Assembly (NCBI GenBank): GCA_965221695.1
Contig: OZ244905.1
Span: 384,001 to 448,000 of the forward strand
Length of the DNA stretch: 64,000 bases
Direction of reading: 5' to 3'
From: Gammaproteobacteria bacterium
Lineage (GTDB): Bacteria; Pseudomonadota; Gammaproteobacteria; Eutrophobiales; Eutrophobiaceae
Shown here: positions 9,414 to 19,685 of the stretch, in pieces
Layout: every line of letters starts with the position of its first letter
How positions within the stretch are numbered: the stretch's first letter is position 1
Position numbers and translations under genes: made by a program
Notes under the pieces: generated by a model
Seen by the model: only the letters and a program-made list of their open reading frames with translations
Told to the model about the DNA's origin: nothing
Database searches by the model: none

Positions 9414-10979
9414 TTACCCCGTAATACATCCTGTATCGGGAATTCGAAAGGCCTCTTTCTGATACGCGATAAACTGTTCCACCTGCGCGCGTTGCTCCTC
9501 ATCGGACCAGTGCAGGAGTGGGGCAACAATTTCCGCTGCGCTTTGGGCTTCGGATAAGGTCAGCCTGCGCCGCCACGCCAGGCTTGTGCGTCTGAGCAAC
9601 ACATCAGTGAGGGATTTTGCATATTCCTGCGTCACGCTGTGTTCCAAATCCGCAATGCGGATCTCCGGTTCATCGGCAAGAAAGGCAGGTGAATCGTCAG
9701 CCGCGGAAAACTCGAATGGCTGATAACTGGGCTGGCCTTTTGTTCCCGGGGGAGGGTATCGCGCCGTTACGGCGTCCAGAATCAATCGCCCTGTGCTTCT
9801 GTGACTCATAATCGGCCCGCCGGTGAGCGCGAAAATACCGGGAAACCCGCTTGCAGTCAGGTCATGCAGCAGGCGTTTGCGCCCTCCCACCGGGTCACCG
9901 TCGCTTTGTGTCAACGGGCGTACGCCAGCCCAACTGCTCACCACATCATCTCGCCTCAGCCGGCGTCCGGGTAACAGCGAATTGCATTCTTCTATGAGAA
10001 AGTCGATTTCGTCATCGGTGCAGCACACATTGCTTGCATCGCCGGCAAAAGGCGTTTCGGTTACGCCGACCGAAAACAGGTTCTTGTGAAACGGCAGGAC
10101 ATAGAAGGGTTCTCCATACCTGTTTATGTGAGCAATACCAAAACCGTTGTAGGTAGCGGGCATTTTCACCACGATATGGGCGCCTTTAGTCATATGTACA
10201 AGTGGCTTTTTATGTTGCGAGGGCGGAAGAACGCTGTCTGCCCAAGTGCCTGCCATGTTCAAAATGATCGGCGCAGTCACCTCTACCGGAGAAATATGCT
10301 CGTCTACCGCATCGCGTAAGGACACCACCCAGTCGCCATCCGCATCTTGTTTTTTAACACTGGCTATACAATAATTGAATAATGCAGCGCCATGCTGTTG
10401 CGCATCCAACAACATGTCTATGCAAAAGCGCTCCGGCCAGTCAAACTTGAATTCATTGTAGCAGGCGATTGCCTGCAACTCGCCAGCGTTCCGAAAATCC
10501 TCGAAGAAAGGTATTTTCTCAGCATAGTTACGTTTGATTACTGCATGATCCAGCGCAATGCGACCATCGCCCAGACAGCTTAATAACTTCAGGCCTGCCT
10601 GCAAATGCCAACTTTTGAAATCACTGTCACGATAAACAGGGAAACACATCCTGTACTGAAATATACGCTTGCCCGCGTTCGCCATATGCTCACTGACGCC
10701 GCGCATGGCCTGGCGGGCGCCGCGCAAGGCATTCAAAAAATAGCCGGGGTGCCGTGCAAAATGCCTTAGCGGATTTTTTGCCTCGAAGAATCTCAGTCCG
10801 ATATGCAGCATCCGGCCTGATTTGCCGGTGGCTCCCGAACCGAAGTCCCCTTTGTCGGCAACCAGGCAGTCGTAGCCTGCCGCCGCCAGGTTCTGCGCAG
10901 CGCTGGCGCCGTTAATGCCTCCTCCAATAATGATCACATCGTAGCGCCGGTTTTGAATTGTCGTTAAAGCTAGTCCCAT
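9414..10979 (-). CDS. FAD-dependent oxidoreductase, GlpD (glycerol-3-phosphate dehydrogenase) family, divergent
   Basis: IIGGGING, NMAGTW, KGAHIV, SWAGVRPL and DVLLRRT motifs. Confidence 0.75.
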   Translation of the reverse strand: MGLALTTIQNRRYDVIIIGGGINGASAAQNLAAAGYDCLVADKGDFGSGATGKSGRMLHIGLRFFEAKNPLRHFARHPGYFLNALRGARQAMRGVSEHMANAGKRIFQYRMCFPVYRDSDFKSWHLQAGLKLLSCLGDGRIALDHAVIKRNYAEKIPFFEDFRNAGELQAIACYNEFKFDWPERFCIDMLLDAQQHGAALFNYCIASVKKQDADGDWVVSLRDAVDEHISPVEVTAPIILNMAGTWADSVLPPSQHKKPLVHMTKGAHIVVKMPATYNGFGIAHINRYGEPFYVLPFHKNLFSVGVTETPFAGDASNVCCTDDEIDFLIEECNSLLPGRRLRRDDVVSSWAGVRPLTQSDGDPVGGRKRLLHDLTASGFPGIFALTGGPIMSHRSTGRLILDAVTARYPPPGTKGQPSYQPFEFSAADDSPAFLADEPEIRIADLEHSVTQEYAKSLTDVLLRRTSLAWRRRLTLSEAQSAAEIVAPLLHWSDEEQRAQVEQFIAYQKEAFRIPDTGCITG

Positions 10980-11191
10980 ACGGGTTTCTTCGTTTGAGTT
11001 GTTGTCTGCCGATCATCTATACCGGGTTTGCAGTAAACCGTACAATACTTTATTCTCATGCAGCTATCAGAATAAAGAATGTCAGCTTGCAACTATTCCA
11101 TTAGTTAATAGTATTGGCAAATAATGGTATTGGATTAAATTTGCATATTGGTATGTACTCTCCCGATGACCAGCAGTTCGGAGAGACTATT

Positions 11192-13438
11192 ATGAAAAAA
11201 TCTAAATCCTACTTGTATCCGCTGCATCTTTTACTCCCTATTATGGTTTTTGCCGGTTACGCTTATGGGCAAACCACCACTACGCTGGAAGAAATCATCG
11301 TGACTGCCAACAAACGCGGCGCCGCGTCACTTCAGGATACCGCCGGCAGTATTACCGCAATTACCGGGGATACGCTGGAAAAAACACTGGTGGAAGGGTT
11401 TGAAGATTACATCAAAATGGCGCCGGGTCTGACTTCGGTCAGTTCCGGGCCGGGTCAATCGCAGATCGTGATTCGGGGAGTCAATTCACAGAGAATAATC
11501 CATAGCGCGCCCCAAACCCGATCGCTTGCGGGGCTGTATATTGACGAAATGCCCATTTCCGTGGCCGGATATAACCCTGATCTGGGCGTTGTCGATATTG
11601 AGCGAATAGAAGTTCTGCGCGGCCCGCAGGGCACGCTTTATGGCGCCAGTTCCATGTCCGGCACAATTCGAGTCGTTACCGCAAAGCCGGATACCGAGAC
11701 GTTTTCGGGCAATGCCAGCGCCAATGTCTCGCACACTAAGAACGGTGATATCAACCACCGGGTAAAAGCGTCCGTGAATGTGCCTTTCTCGGATAAGGTC
11801 GCGCTGCGTCTGAACGCGTACAATACCTCAAAAGGCGGGTTTATCGACAATGTGGCGCCGGGCTTTGAGAAAGAGGATTACAACAGCGAGGATATCGTCG
11901 GCGCAAGAGCACAGTTGGCTTATTATGGAGACAAGCTGAATGCCGTTGCAGCCTTGATGTACAACAACCTGGAAGCGGACGGCGCGTCTGACGAATATCT
12001 GCCCAATCCTGACGATGCGCAAGTTGCCGCAGTGACCCGTGAAATGCAGACCGTCAAAGTCATACAGGATTTTTATCACCAGGAATTTCTCGCGTTCAAT
12101 TTTAATCTCGATTACGATTTGGGATCGGTCTTATTCACCTCAGCCACATCGTATTTTGATACGGAAATCACAAAGAGCTTGGATGATACATTTCGGGTGC
12201 TGGCGGTCACGCCGATCCGCGCGCCCTACAGTGAGTACCAGGCATGGGATACCAGCGACTCCGTGATCCAGGAAATACGCCTGTCCTCAAACTATGATAC
12301 GCGCCTGGAATGGTTGATCGGCGGTTATTACGAAGCCAACAACAGGGAGTTCCTGCAAACGCAACCGACCCCCGGACTGAACGCATTTTTTGTTTCCATA
12401 GGTGGCCCGCCTCCTTGCCCGACCCTGACCGGGCCCTGTTACGGCGCGGTCGCGAACTCTGTTTTTGATGGCGTGACTACCATTGATTCGGAGCAGTTCG
12501 CAGCTTTTGGCGAGGCCACGTTGAGTATCACGGATGCGCTCAGGTTGAAACTCGGTTTCCGTTATTTCGATTATGAGAACGATGTGTACATTTTGGGGTC
12601 CGGGGTCGCCAATGATGGTGTGACCGTGGACGAGGACATCATCAAGGAGGATGATTGGGTGCCGAAAGTGGAGGTATCAGTTGACGTTACCGAGGATCAC
12701 ATGCTTTATGCAACCTATTCAGAAGGTTTTCGCCTGGGCGGCATCAATGGGTTTATTCCGGAGGTTTGCCGGGCGGAGGTAGAGGCATTAGGGTCAGCCC
12801 ACAATGCGCCGTTCAACTCCGATAACCTGAAAAACTATGAACTTGGCGCCAAAACAGCCTGGCTGGATAATCGTCTGATCGCGAATCTGGCCGGTTATTA
12901 CAACAAATTTGACGATATTCAAACGGGCATTGCGTTGAATTGTGGTTTTTTTCAGATGTTGAACTCAGGCAGGATCAGAAATATCGGTTTTGAAGGCGAC
13001 TTTACTTTCCAGGCTTCAGATGCGTTAACGCTGCGCTTCGGTTTCTCCTACGTGGATTCTGAAGTTAAAAAATCCATTCCCGGCATTAATGTTGATGGAG
13101 ACGAGCCGCCTTATATCCCTGAATTCACCGCTTCCGGTTCCGTTGATTACGGCATGTCGTTAGGCAATGGTTTTGGTTTTATTCGCGCCGATGTGCGCCA
13201 TGTCGGGAGTTCTGGCAACGAGTTTTCTTCGCAACCGACCATCAGCACTTTACCCTCCTATACCATCGTAGACCTGACCTTGGGTTATGATTTAAATAAC
13301 TGGTCCTTGAGTATATTTGCCAGGAATTTGTTTAATGACGATGTGATCACGAATATTGATCCAGACCGTATACAACCAGACCAGTTAACTCGCGGTTTGC
13401 CCAGAACGGTCGGATTCGGCGTGAGCAGAAACTTCTGA
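11192..13438 (+). CDS. TonB-dependent receptor
   Basis: TonB box LEEIIVTA, IERIEVLRGPQGTLYG, C-terminal Phe. Confidence 0.92.
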   Translation: MKKSKSYLYPLHLLLPIMVFAGYAYGQTTTTLEEIIVTANKRGAASLQDTAGSITAITGDTLEKTLVEGFEDYIKMAPGLTSVSSGPGQSQIVIRGVNSQRIIHSAPQTRSLAGLYIDEMPISVAGYNPDLGVVDIERIEVLRGPQGTLYGASSMSGTIRVVTAKPDTETFSGNASANVSHTKNGDINHRVKASVNVPFSDKVALRLNAYNTSKGGFIDNVAPGFEKEDYNSEDIVGARAQLAYYGDKLNAVAALMYNNLEADGASDEYLPNPDDAQVAAVTREMQTVKVIQDFYHQEFLAFNFNLDYDLGSVLFTSATSYFDTEITKSLDDTFRVLAVTPIRAPYSEYQAWDTSDSVIQEIRLSSNYDTRLEWLIGGYYEANNREFLQTQPTPGLNAFFVSIGGPPPCPTLTGPCYGAVANSVFDGVTTIDSEQFAAFGEATLSITDALRLKLGFRYFDYENDVYILGSGVANDGVTVDEDIIKEDDWVPKVEVSVDVTEDHMLYATYSEGFRLGGINGFIPEVCRAEVEALGSAHNAPFNSDNLKNYELGAKTAWLDNRLIANLAGYYNKFDDIQTGIALNCGFFQMLNSGRIRNIGFEGDFTFQASDALTLRFGFSYVDSEVKKSIPGINVDGDEPPYIPEFTASGSVDYGMSLGNGFGFIRADVRHVGSSGNEFSSQPTISTLPSYTIVDLTLGYDLNNWSLSIFARNLFNDDVITNIDPDRIQPDQLTRGLPRTVGFGVSRNF

Positions 13439-13557
13439 AACGAACCCCTGCGCCTTAGTGGCCCCTGATAGCGCTAGCGTCTCGCCTGCAGGTAGGCGGG
13501 CTGCCTGCGTTCCCAGGTTTTTTGTTTGGACTTGCGTGCAGGTTACAAGACTTTGTA

Positions 13558-14517
13558 TCAGTCCGCATGGACAATGCCGGCGGCGATACCCAGTTCCGGC
13601 ATAACGCTGTAGAAATCCCGGACCGGCAACCCGCCGCCGCTTGCCTTGTGCGCGGCTGCGGCGGCAATCCAGGTATGCAATTCCATTGATCCGATGCCGC
13701 CTTGCTCAATGAGTTGATCCGGGCCCCAGTCATCGAATTCTTGCAACTTGCCCCGGGTAAACAAGTCAAGAAACCGCTGGTCCGATTCCGCATTCAACCG
13801 CATATCACTCGCAGTTCGCTCCCCGCGCGCGATCATCTTCGCTCCTTCGTGGTGCATGACCTCCAGGCGTTCAAGCCATTGCGATCCAGTCAGTGATGCG
13901 AGATCATCGCCGCCAGACAGCTTCCAGGCTTCAACTTCCGGTTCCCCGGCGCCATGTTCGGGATAATAACGGGTAGGGTGGTGTGACATGCCACCTGAGG
14001 CAAGAAACAACACCCGCTTGTTCATGGTATCGGCAAAACGTCCAAGCGCCTTTCCCAGCAGTCGGGTGCGTCTGAAGGGCACAAACGGTTTGGTGATACA
14101 GTTGATGAAAACAGGAATGACAGGACGCGCGGTCAGGCTGCCGAGCATGATGGTAATGGTTTGGGAGAAGGCATGATCGACGGTCATACTGTAGGATACC
14201 GCGGCATCGATATCGTTGGCGCGCAAGTATTCGACACAAGATATGGCTGTTTCTTCAGGCACGTTCAGCGGGCCTGCGAATCCGCCGATATCCGTCGTTG
14301 CCTCGGCGCTCACCCCGACACAGAAAGCCGGCATCGTGTTCAGAAAAAAGCCGTTGAAGTGATCCGAGCCAAAGGCAATCACCAGTTCCGGGTCAAATTC
14401 CGCAATGGCTTGTGCACGCGCAGCAAACGCCTGTTGCAGCCCGTCCCAGTCCTCAGGCTCCCTGGCATAACAATACAATAATGGCGAATGAGAGGCGCAG
14501 ATCAGGGAAGTTGTCAT
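13558..14517 (-). CDS. mhpB: 2,3-dihydroxyphenylpropionate 1,2-dioxygenase (LigB family)
   Basis: CASHSPL, SDHFNGFF, VDHAF, SGGMSHHP and ELHTWIAA motifs. Confidence 0.8.
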   Translation of the reverse strand: MTTSLICASHSPLLYCYAREPEDWDGLQQAFAARAQAIAEFDPELVIAFGSDHFNGFFLNTMPAFCVGVSAEATTDIGGFAGPLNVPEETAISCVEYLRANDIDAAVSYSMTVDHAFSQTITIMLGSLTARPVIPVFINCITKPFVPFRRTRLLGKALGRFADTMNKRVLFLASGGMSHHPTRYYPEHGAGEPEVEAWKLSGGDDLASLTGSQWLERLEVMHHEGAKMIARGERTASDMRLNAESDQRFLDLFTRGKLQEFDDWGPDQLIEQGGIGSMELHTWIAAAAAHKASGGGLPVRDFYSVMPELGIAAGIVHAD

Positions 14518-14647
14518 GACAGTTAACCTCCTAATATCATACGCTTGCCAGGTCTGTCCTGGTAATGAGTTTTTCCATTAATCACGCTTGTTATATTTTT
14601 TCAGCACAGCATAATAATCAGTCACATGCTAACCGGGAAGGATGATC

Positions 14648-15619
14648 ATGAGCAAGGCAATTTTTATCAATGAATACGGCGGACCTGATGTCCTGTCTTA
14701 CCAGGAATATCCTGTTGGAGACCCCGGCCCCGGGGAAGTAATGGTGCGCAACACCGTTATTGGGGTGAACTATATCGACACCTATTACCGTTCCGGGCTT
14801 TATCCGGCTGAATTGCCGCTGATACCCGGCGACCAGGCTGCCGCGGTGGTTGAAGCGGTCGGGACCGGTGTCAGCGAATTCAAGCCCGGTGACCGGGTCG
14901 CCTATGCTTCAAAACCGCTGGGGGCTTACTCAGAGCTGCGTCTGATTGACGCCGGCCTGCTGGCGCCGTTGCCGCAAGATATAACCGACGAAGTAGCCGG
15001 CGCCACCCTGACACGGGGGCTGACCGCAGAATATCTAACCCACCGGCTATATGAGCTGAAAGCAGGGGAGACGGCATTGATACATGCTGCGGCCGGCGGA
15101 ACCGGAAAGATTCTCTGCCAGTGGGCCAACAGGATTGGCGTCAGGGTAATCGGCACAGTGGGTTCTGAAGACAAGATGGAGATTGCGCGGGAAAACGGTT
15201 GTTCCGAAGTGCTGTTACACCAGCATGACTTTGTCTCGCAAGTCAAACAACTGACTGAAGGGCAGGGCGTCGATATTGCCTATGACTCCATCGGCAAGTC
15301 CACATTCATGAAATCGCTGGATTGCATCAGGCCCAGGGGCATGATGGTCAGCTTCGGTAACGCCTCCGGCAAACCGGACTCCCTGGATGTGCTGGAACTG
15401 GCCAAACGCGGCAGCCTGTTCCTGACACGTCCAACATTATACGGCTACACCAACAGCAGGGAGGAGTTACTGCTGTCAGCCGAACGTTATTTTACGGCCA
15501 TCACCAACGGCTTGCTGCAGGTTGAAACAGGCAAGCCTTTTGCGTTGAAAGACGCCGCAGACGCGCACCGCCACCTGGAAGATCGCTCCAGTATCGGCTC
15601 GCCGATACTTATTCCTTGA
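14648..15619 (+). CDS. qor: NADPH:quinone oxidoreductase
   Basis: GVNYIDTYYRSGLYP, HAAAGG, SFGNASG and GSLFLTRPTL motifs. Confidence 0.88.
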   Translation: MSKAIFINEYGGPDVLSYQEYPVGDPGPGEVMVRNTVIGVNYIDTYYRSGLYPAELPLIPGDQAAAVVEAVGTGVSEFKPGDRVAYASKPLGAYSELRLIDAGLLAPLPQDITDEVAGATLTRGLTAEYLTHRLYELKAGETALIHAAAGGTGKILCQWANRIGVRVIGTVGSEDKMEIARENGCSEVLLHQHDFVSQVKQLTEGQGVDIAYDSIGKSTFMKSLDCIRPRGMMVSFGNASGKPDSLDVLELAKRGSLFLTRPTLYGYTNSREELLLSAERYFTAITNGLLQVETGKPFALKDAADAHRHLEDRSSIGSPILIP

Positions 15620-15709
15620 GATGTCCCTCGAAGCATTGAAAGATTGCTATTGCTTTAATGCGATAGATAGAATATGATTTTCTGAAACTGTTATTCATAT
15701 TTGAAAAGT

Positions 15710-15925
15710 ATGCGTATTTCTGAACGAGGACAAATTACCATTCCCAAACATATGAGGGACCGTTTCGGTCTGGGTTGTAACGTCGATGTTGAGATAACTC
15801 CAACTAGTGACGGCCTGCTAATCAAGAAACGCGCGGCATCAAAACACCCGGTAGAACGGGTGTACGCTATTTTGCAAGATAACGGAAACACTGATGATTA
15901 CATTGAAGAAATTCGTGGAAGGTGA
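15710..15925 (+). CDS. AbrB/MazE/SpoVT-family antitoxin
   Basis: MRISERGQITIPK; overlaps the downstream PIN gene. Confidence 0.85.
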   Translation: MRISERGQITIPKHMRDRFGLGCNVDVEITPTSDGLLIKKRAASKHPVERVYAILQDNGNTDDYIEEIRGR

Positions 15926-16317
15926 TCAGCGCCGTTGACACGAATGTCCTGCTGGATGTATTCCTCCCGGATAAAACCCACGGTCCAAAGTCTAAAGAAT
16001 GGCTTAAAGACGCCTATAACCGCGGGGCGCTGCTCGTTTGTGATGTGGTTTACGCAGAGCTTGTTCCCGCATTCAAGGACAGAAGCAAACTTGACAAAGC
16101 GTTGAGAGAAATCAACGTAACGATCTCTCCAATAAACACCGATATTGCCTATGAGGCAGGCGCGCGCTGGTTGCAATACCGTGCTGCTGGCGGACCAAGA
16201 GAGCGGATAATTTCTGACTTCCTGATTGGCTCCCATGCAGCTATCACAGCCGACAACTTTCTTACCCGGGACCGCGGTTTTTATAAAACATATTTCCCTG
16301 AGTTGAAAGGTCTCTGA
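15922..16317 (+). CDS. PIN-domain (VapC) toxin
   Basis: AVDTNVLLD, SDFLIGSHA and LTRD motifs. Confidence 0.88.
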   Translation: MISAVDTNVLLDVFLPDKTHGPKSKEWLKDAYNRGALLVCDVVYAELVPAFKDRSKLDKALREINVTISPINTDIAYEAGARWLQYRAAGGPRERIISDFLIGSHAAITADNFLTRDRGFYKTYFPELKGL

Positions 16318-16443
16318 ATGGAAAACCTCGTTACCAAAACAGACTTGGCTTTGGCCGTCCAGCAACTTACTGTGAAAATGTACAGTACGGCCGCCGTGGT
16401 GGTTACTATTTTGGTCGCCCTGGATCGCCTGTTTCCCGTTTGA
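16318..16443 (+). CDS. DUF1640/CCDC90-like mini-protein or fragment (41 aa)
   Basis: MENLVTKTDL...C-terminal TM; resembles the C-terminal half of 17859-18089. Confidence 0.45.
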   Translation: MENLVTKTDLALAVQQLTVKMYSTAAVVVTILVALDRLFPV

Positions 16444-16487
16444 ACAAGGCGCAAACCCGGCAACAAACTGAAACATACAGGCCCATT

Positions 16488-17804
16488 TCAGGGCTTGTCC
16501 AGCAACTCCAGCGCGCTACGGGTCATTACCTCAACGCCGGTTGTGATCGTCAGTTCCGGGTCCGGGGCAAAGAAAGGAGAGTGTAGGGAAGGCAGGACTT
16601 CACCCGATTCCATGGCCTTGGTATATTTTTCGGCCTCCACACCGCCAATCCATAAAAACAAGCTGGGGATTTTCGGTTCCACCCGCCCGTATCGGGCAAA
16701 GTCCTCGCCACCCATAACGGGTTCACCGGGAACAAGTCGTTCTTCTGAAAACACTGTCCTTAATGCGTTGATAATACGCTCGGCCAGTTCCGGGTTGTTG
16801 TAGACAGAAGGGGTGTATTCGTCCTTGATCTTCACTACTGGCAACTTGTCCCGCGGCAGGCCCATAGCCAGGGCCTGGCCTTCTGCAATCCTCTTTATCC
16901 CTTCAAGCAATAAACTTCGCGCTTCATCCGTATAGGATCGCACCGTCAACTGTAACTCCACCTTGTCCGGGATAACATTGTGTTTCGTGCCACCGTGGAT
17001 CGAACCGACCGTCACCACACCGGCATCAATGGGTTTCAACTCGCGTGCAACCAGGGTCTGCAGTGCATTGATGATCTGTGCTGACAGCACGACAGGATCT
17101 TTGGTGCGGTGCGGATAGGCGCCGTGTCCGCCGATACCGTAAACGGTAATATCGACACTATCGACATTGGCCATCACATAGCCTTTGGTGTAAATAACCT
17201 TTCCGGCTGGTTCGGAAGAGCTGACGTGCAGCCCAAAATTGTAATCCGGACGCGGGAAACGCTCAAACAGACCATCTCTGAGCATGGCGCGAGAACCGGC
17301 GCCGACTTCCTCTGCCGGTTGAGCAATCATGATCAGCGTGCCTTGCCACTTTTCGGTCATGGACGTGAGACGTCTGGCAGCGCCGATAAATACCGTCATA
17401 TTCACATCATGAGCACAGGCATGCATGATATTGACAGTATTTCCGGACGCATCGACTGTCGTCGCATTGCTGGCATACGGTTTGCCGGTTTTTTCAAGAA
17501 CGGGCAGGGCATCCATATCCGCCCTTAACAATACCGTAGGGCCAGCGCCGTTTTTCATCACACCTACGACGCCGTAACCGCCGACATTCTCTGTTACCGT
17601 GAAGCCCAGGTTGCGCAGCTCCGTTGCCATGCGGGCGCTGGTTTTTTCCTCTTGGAAAGATAATTCAGGATTCATGTGCAAATGCACATACAGCGACTCG
17701 AGGTAGGGGTAATCGCTCTGAATCTCGTTCCGTAACGTGGAATCTGCGCGCGCGCATAGCGCGATTTGCAAGAAGAATAAAATGAGGAAGGTAGAAAATT
17801 TCAT
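16488..17804 (-). CDS. Exported M20 family amidohydrolase (hippurate hydrolase-like)
   Basis: Signal peptide; PELSFQE, RADMDAL, MHACAHD, QPAEE and GGEDF motifs. Confidence 0.88.
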   Translation of the reverse strand: MKFSTFLILFFLQIALCARADSTLRNEIQSDYPYLESLYVHLHMNPELSFQEEKTSARMATELRNLGFTVTENVGGYGVVGVMKNGAGPTVLLRADMDALPVLEKTGKPYASNATTVDASGNTVNIMHACAHDVNMTVFIGAARRLTSMTEKWQGTLIMIAQPAEEVGAGSRAMLRDGLFERFPRPDYNFGLHVSSSEPAGKVIYTKGYVMANVDSVDITVYGIGGHGAYPHRTKDPVVLSAQIINALQTLVARELKPIDAGVVTVGSIHGGTKHNVIPDKVELQLTVRSYTDEARSLLLEGIKRIAEGQALAMGLPRDKLPVVKIKDEYTPSVYNNPELAERIINALRTVFSEERLVPGEPVMGGEDFARYGRVEPKIPSLFLWIGGVEAEKYTKAMESGEVLPSLHSPFFAPDPELTITTGVEVMTRSALELLDKP

Positions 17805-17858
17805 TTAACCCGCCAGAAACAGCTCCGGGTGTTCACAAGAACACGCAATATCCCTTTC

Positions 17859-18089
17859 TCATATAAAGCGCATCGCGGCCAGGATGATGCCGGTAAGTAT
17901 GATCATCAGACCGCCCAGGGTAATGACCAACTCACGTTTTAGCTGCGACAGGGCAATATCCAAATCGCTTGTGGTGACCAATTCCATACTATGCTCGTTA
18001 AGAATCTGTACCATTGCTTCTGCTTGTGCATGACTGAATCCACCTGCCTCCAGCTTGCGTGCCGCTTTCTGTGTATCAGTGATGATCAT
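17859..18089 (-). CDS. DUF1640/CCDC90-like small membrane-anchored protein
   Basis: DT..ARKLEAGGFSHAQAEA...LVTTSDL plus a C-terminal TM helix. Confidence 0.7.
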   Translation of the reverse strand: MIITDTQKAARKLEAGGFSHAQAEAMVQILNEHSMELVTTSDLDIALSQLKRELVITLGGLMIILTGIILAAMRFI

Positions 18090-18234
18090 CTGATTTCCTC
18101 CTTAATCATCTCCGTAGTTTCCATATAAGGGAAGCGCTGGACAAAGCAGAGTTCCCGGTTCGAATTATCGCTGATTTTATCATGGATGAATGAACCGGGA
18201 TAGTTATTCCAAGATTAATTTAAAGTATCGAATA

Positions 18235-18262
18235 ACTGCGCATAATATATATTATGTTAAAT
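18235..18262 (+). other. dif: XerCD chromosome dimer resolution site (dif)
   Basis: ACTGCGCATAA-TATATA-TTATGTTAAAT vs E. coli GGTGCGCATAA-TGTATA-TTATGTTAAAT; intergenic and AT-rich; KOPS polarity switches here. Confidence 0.93.
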
Positions 18263-18373
18263 ATAATGTTTTAGCCTGATGTTGTTTCTTAGTGTATTTA
18301 GTTAATTGCTTCTTTCCCTCTTTTGATAGTAACGGTTTACCGCCTCAGTATTTGTAAAAAAGGATCGGTGAGA

Positions 18374-19534
18374 CTACTCCTGTTTTAAATACAGAAGAGT
18401 CAAGATTGTGATCATACTTAACAGGATCAAGGCGATGCCTAGAAGGCTCACGGCAGTGAAATCGTTATCCTGGATCATGAATCCGACTACACCGGGGCCT
18501 AGACCGAGGCCGGCAGTCTGAACAGCCCCCATCATCACAACAGCACGTCCTTTGGGATCCAGTTCTGCCATGATTCCGGAGAAATAAGGTTGTGTCAGGT
18601 TCCAGCCGAATAAATACAATAGCGTGGCGATAGCAAAACGCATACCGTCAATATCTCCCATCAGTAATACCAGTCCATAGATGGAAATCACGGCGCTGAT
18701 AATGATCGGCCCTGCTCGACCAAAACGAGTACTGACTGCGGCCGCGATCATCGCGCCGCCTATGCCGCCTATGTTTGACAAGGCAAGACTGTTGCCGATG
18801 GTTTGTCCGGAAAGTCCCGCGTTAGATGCAATACGTTCCATAAACGCCCAGGCTTCTCCTTGCGCCATGAAATAAAAGAAGACCGTGGCTAAACCCAGAC
18901 CAATGAGAACATAAGGCAAAGGCGTCCCGTTATTGCCCCCCGGATCGTTGTGTTCGACCCCATGGGAGATAGGCAACCAGCGCACAAACAGAAAGTTAAT
19001 CGCAACAAGCAGACTAAGCGTCGCAAAGACGTAAGCTTTTCCACCGACGGCAAGGAGCATGGGCATGAAATACAAGAGGATGGTTGCAAGTGTTAAAATC
19101 ACCACCAGGTAAATCCCAAATTGTCGGTCCGGATTATGCGTCCCGCCAAATATGGCAAAAGCTACGGACACGGCCATGCCCTCTCCTATTCCGGCTATCA
19201 GGCGCGCTACCACTATAGCTTGATATGAACTTGCTTGAATGGACAATAAGCTGCCTGCCAGTAATACGACCAACGCTACAAGAGCCAGCATTCGCCAGTT
19301 GTATCGATGGATCAAAAATGCCGTGATAGTCATGGCGACCGCCATGGTAATGATGTCCGCGGACATGACCAGGCCGACCTGGCTTGGGTTCAGTTGCAAG
19401 GTGTCGGCAATCACCCCGACTATTCCTGGCATAATTACAATGGTTAAGGCGCCAATGCTGCCCAGATAGTTTGCCGCAGTTAATGAACGAATGCTGTTCA
19501 GGTCGATATGTTGTATTGTTGGTGATGTTGTCAT
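18374..19534 (-). CDS. MFS transporter
   Basis: About 12 TM segments; ARLIAGIGEG motif. Confidence 0.85.
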   Translation of the reverse strand: MTTSPTIQHIDLNSIRSLTAANYLGSIGALTIVIMPGIVGVIADTLQLNPSQVGLVMSADIITMAVAMTITAFLIHRYNWRMLALVALVVLLAGSLLSIQASSYQAIVVARLIAGIGEGMAVSVAFAIFGGTHNPDRQFGIYLVVILTLATILLYFMPMLLAVGGKAYVFATLSLLVAINFLFVRWLPISHGVEHNDPGGNNGTPLPYVLIGLGLATVFFYFMAQGEAWAFMERIASNAGLSGQTIGNSLALSNIGGIGGAMIAAAVSTRFGRAGPIIISAVISIYGLVLLMGDIDGMRFAIATLLYLFGWNLTQPYFSGIMAELDPKGRAVVMMGAVQTAGLGLGPGVVGFMIQDNDFTAVSLLGIALILLSMITILTLLYLKQE

Positions 19535-19685
19535 ATATCCAAACCGCTCTCAGCTTGAACAATTCACAGGTAATAGAATTAATAAATAACTTTAAAATAT
19601 AAATATAACTATTTGATAAAATAGTATTTATTTTATAAGAGCATTCCGAAATTAAAGCGCGCAGGGGTTTTAACTCAATCTCCGG

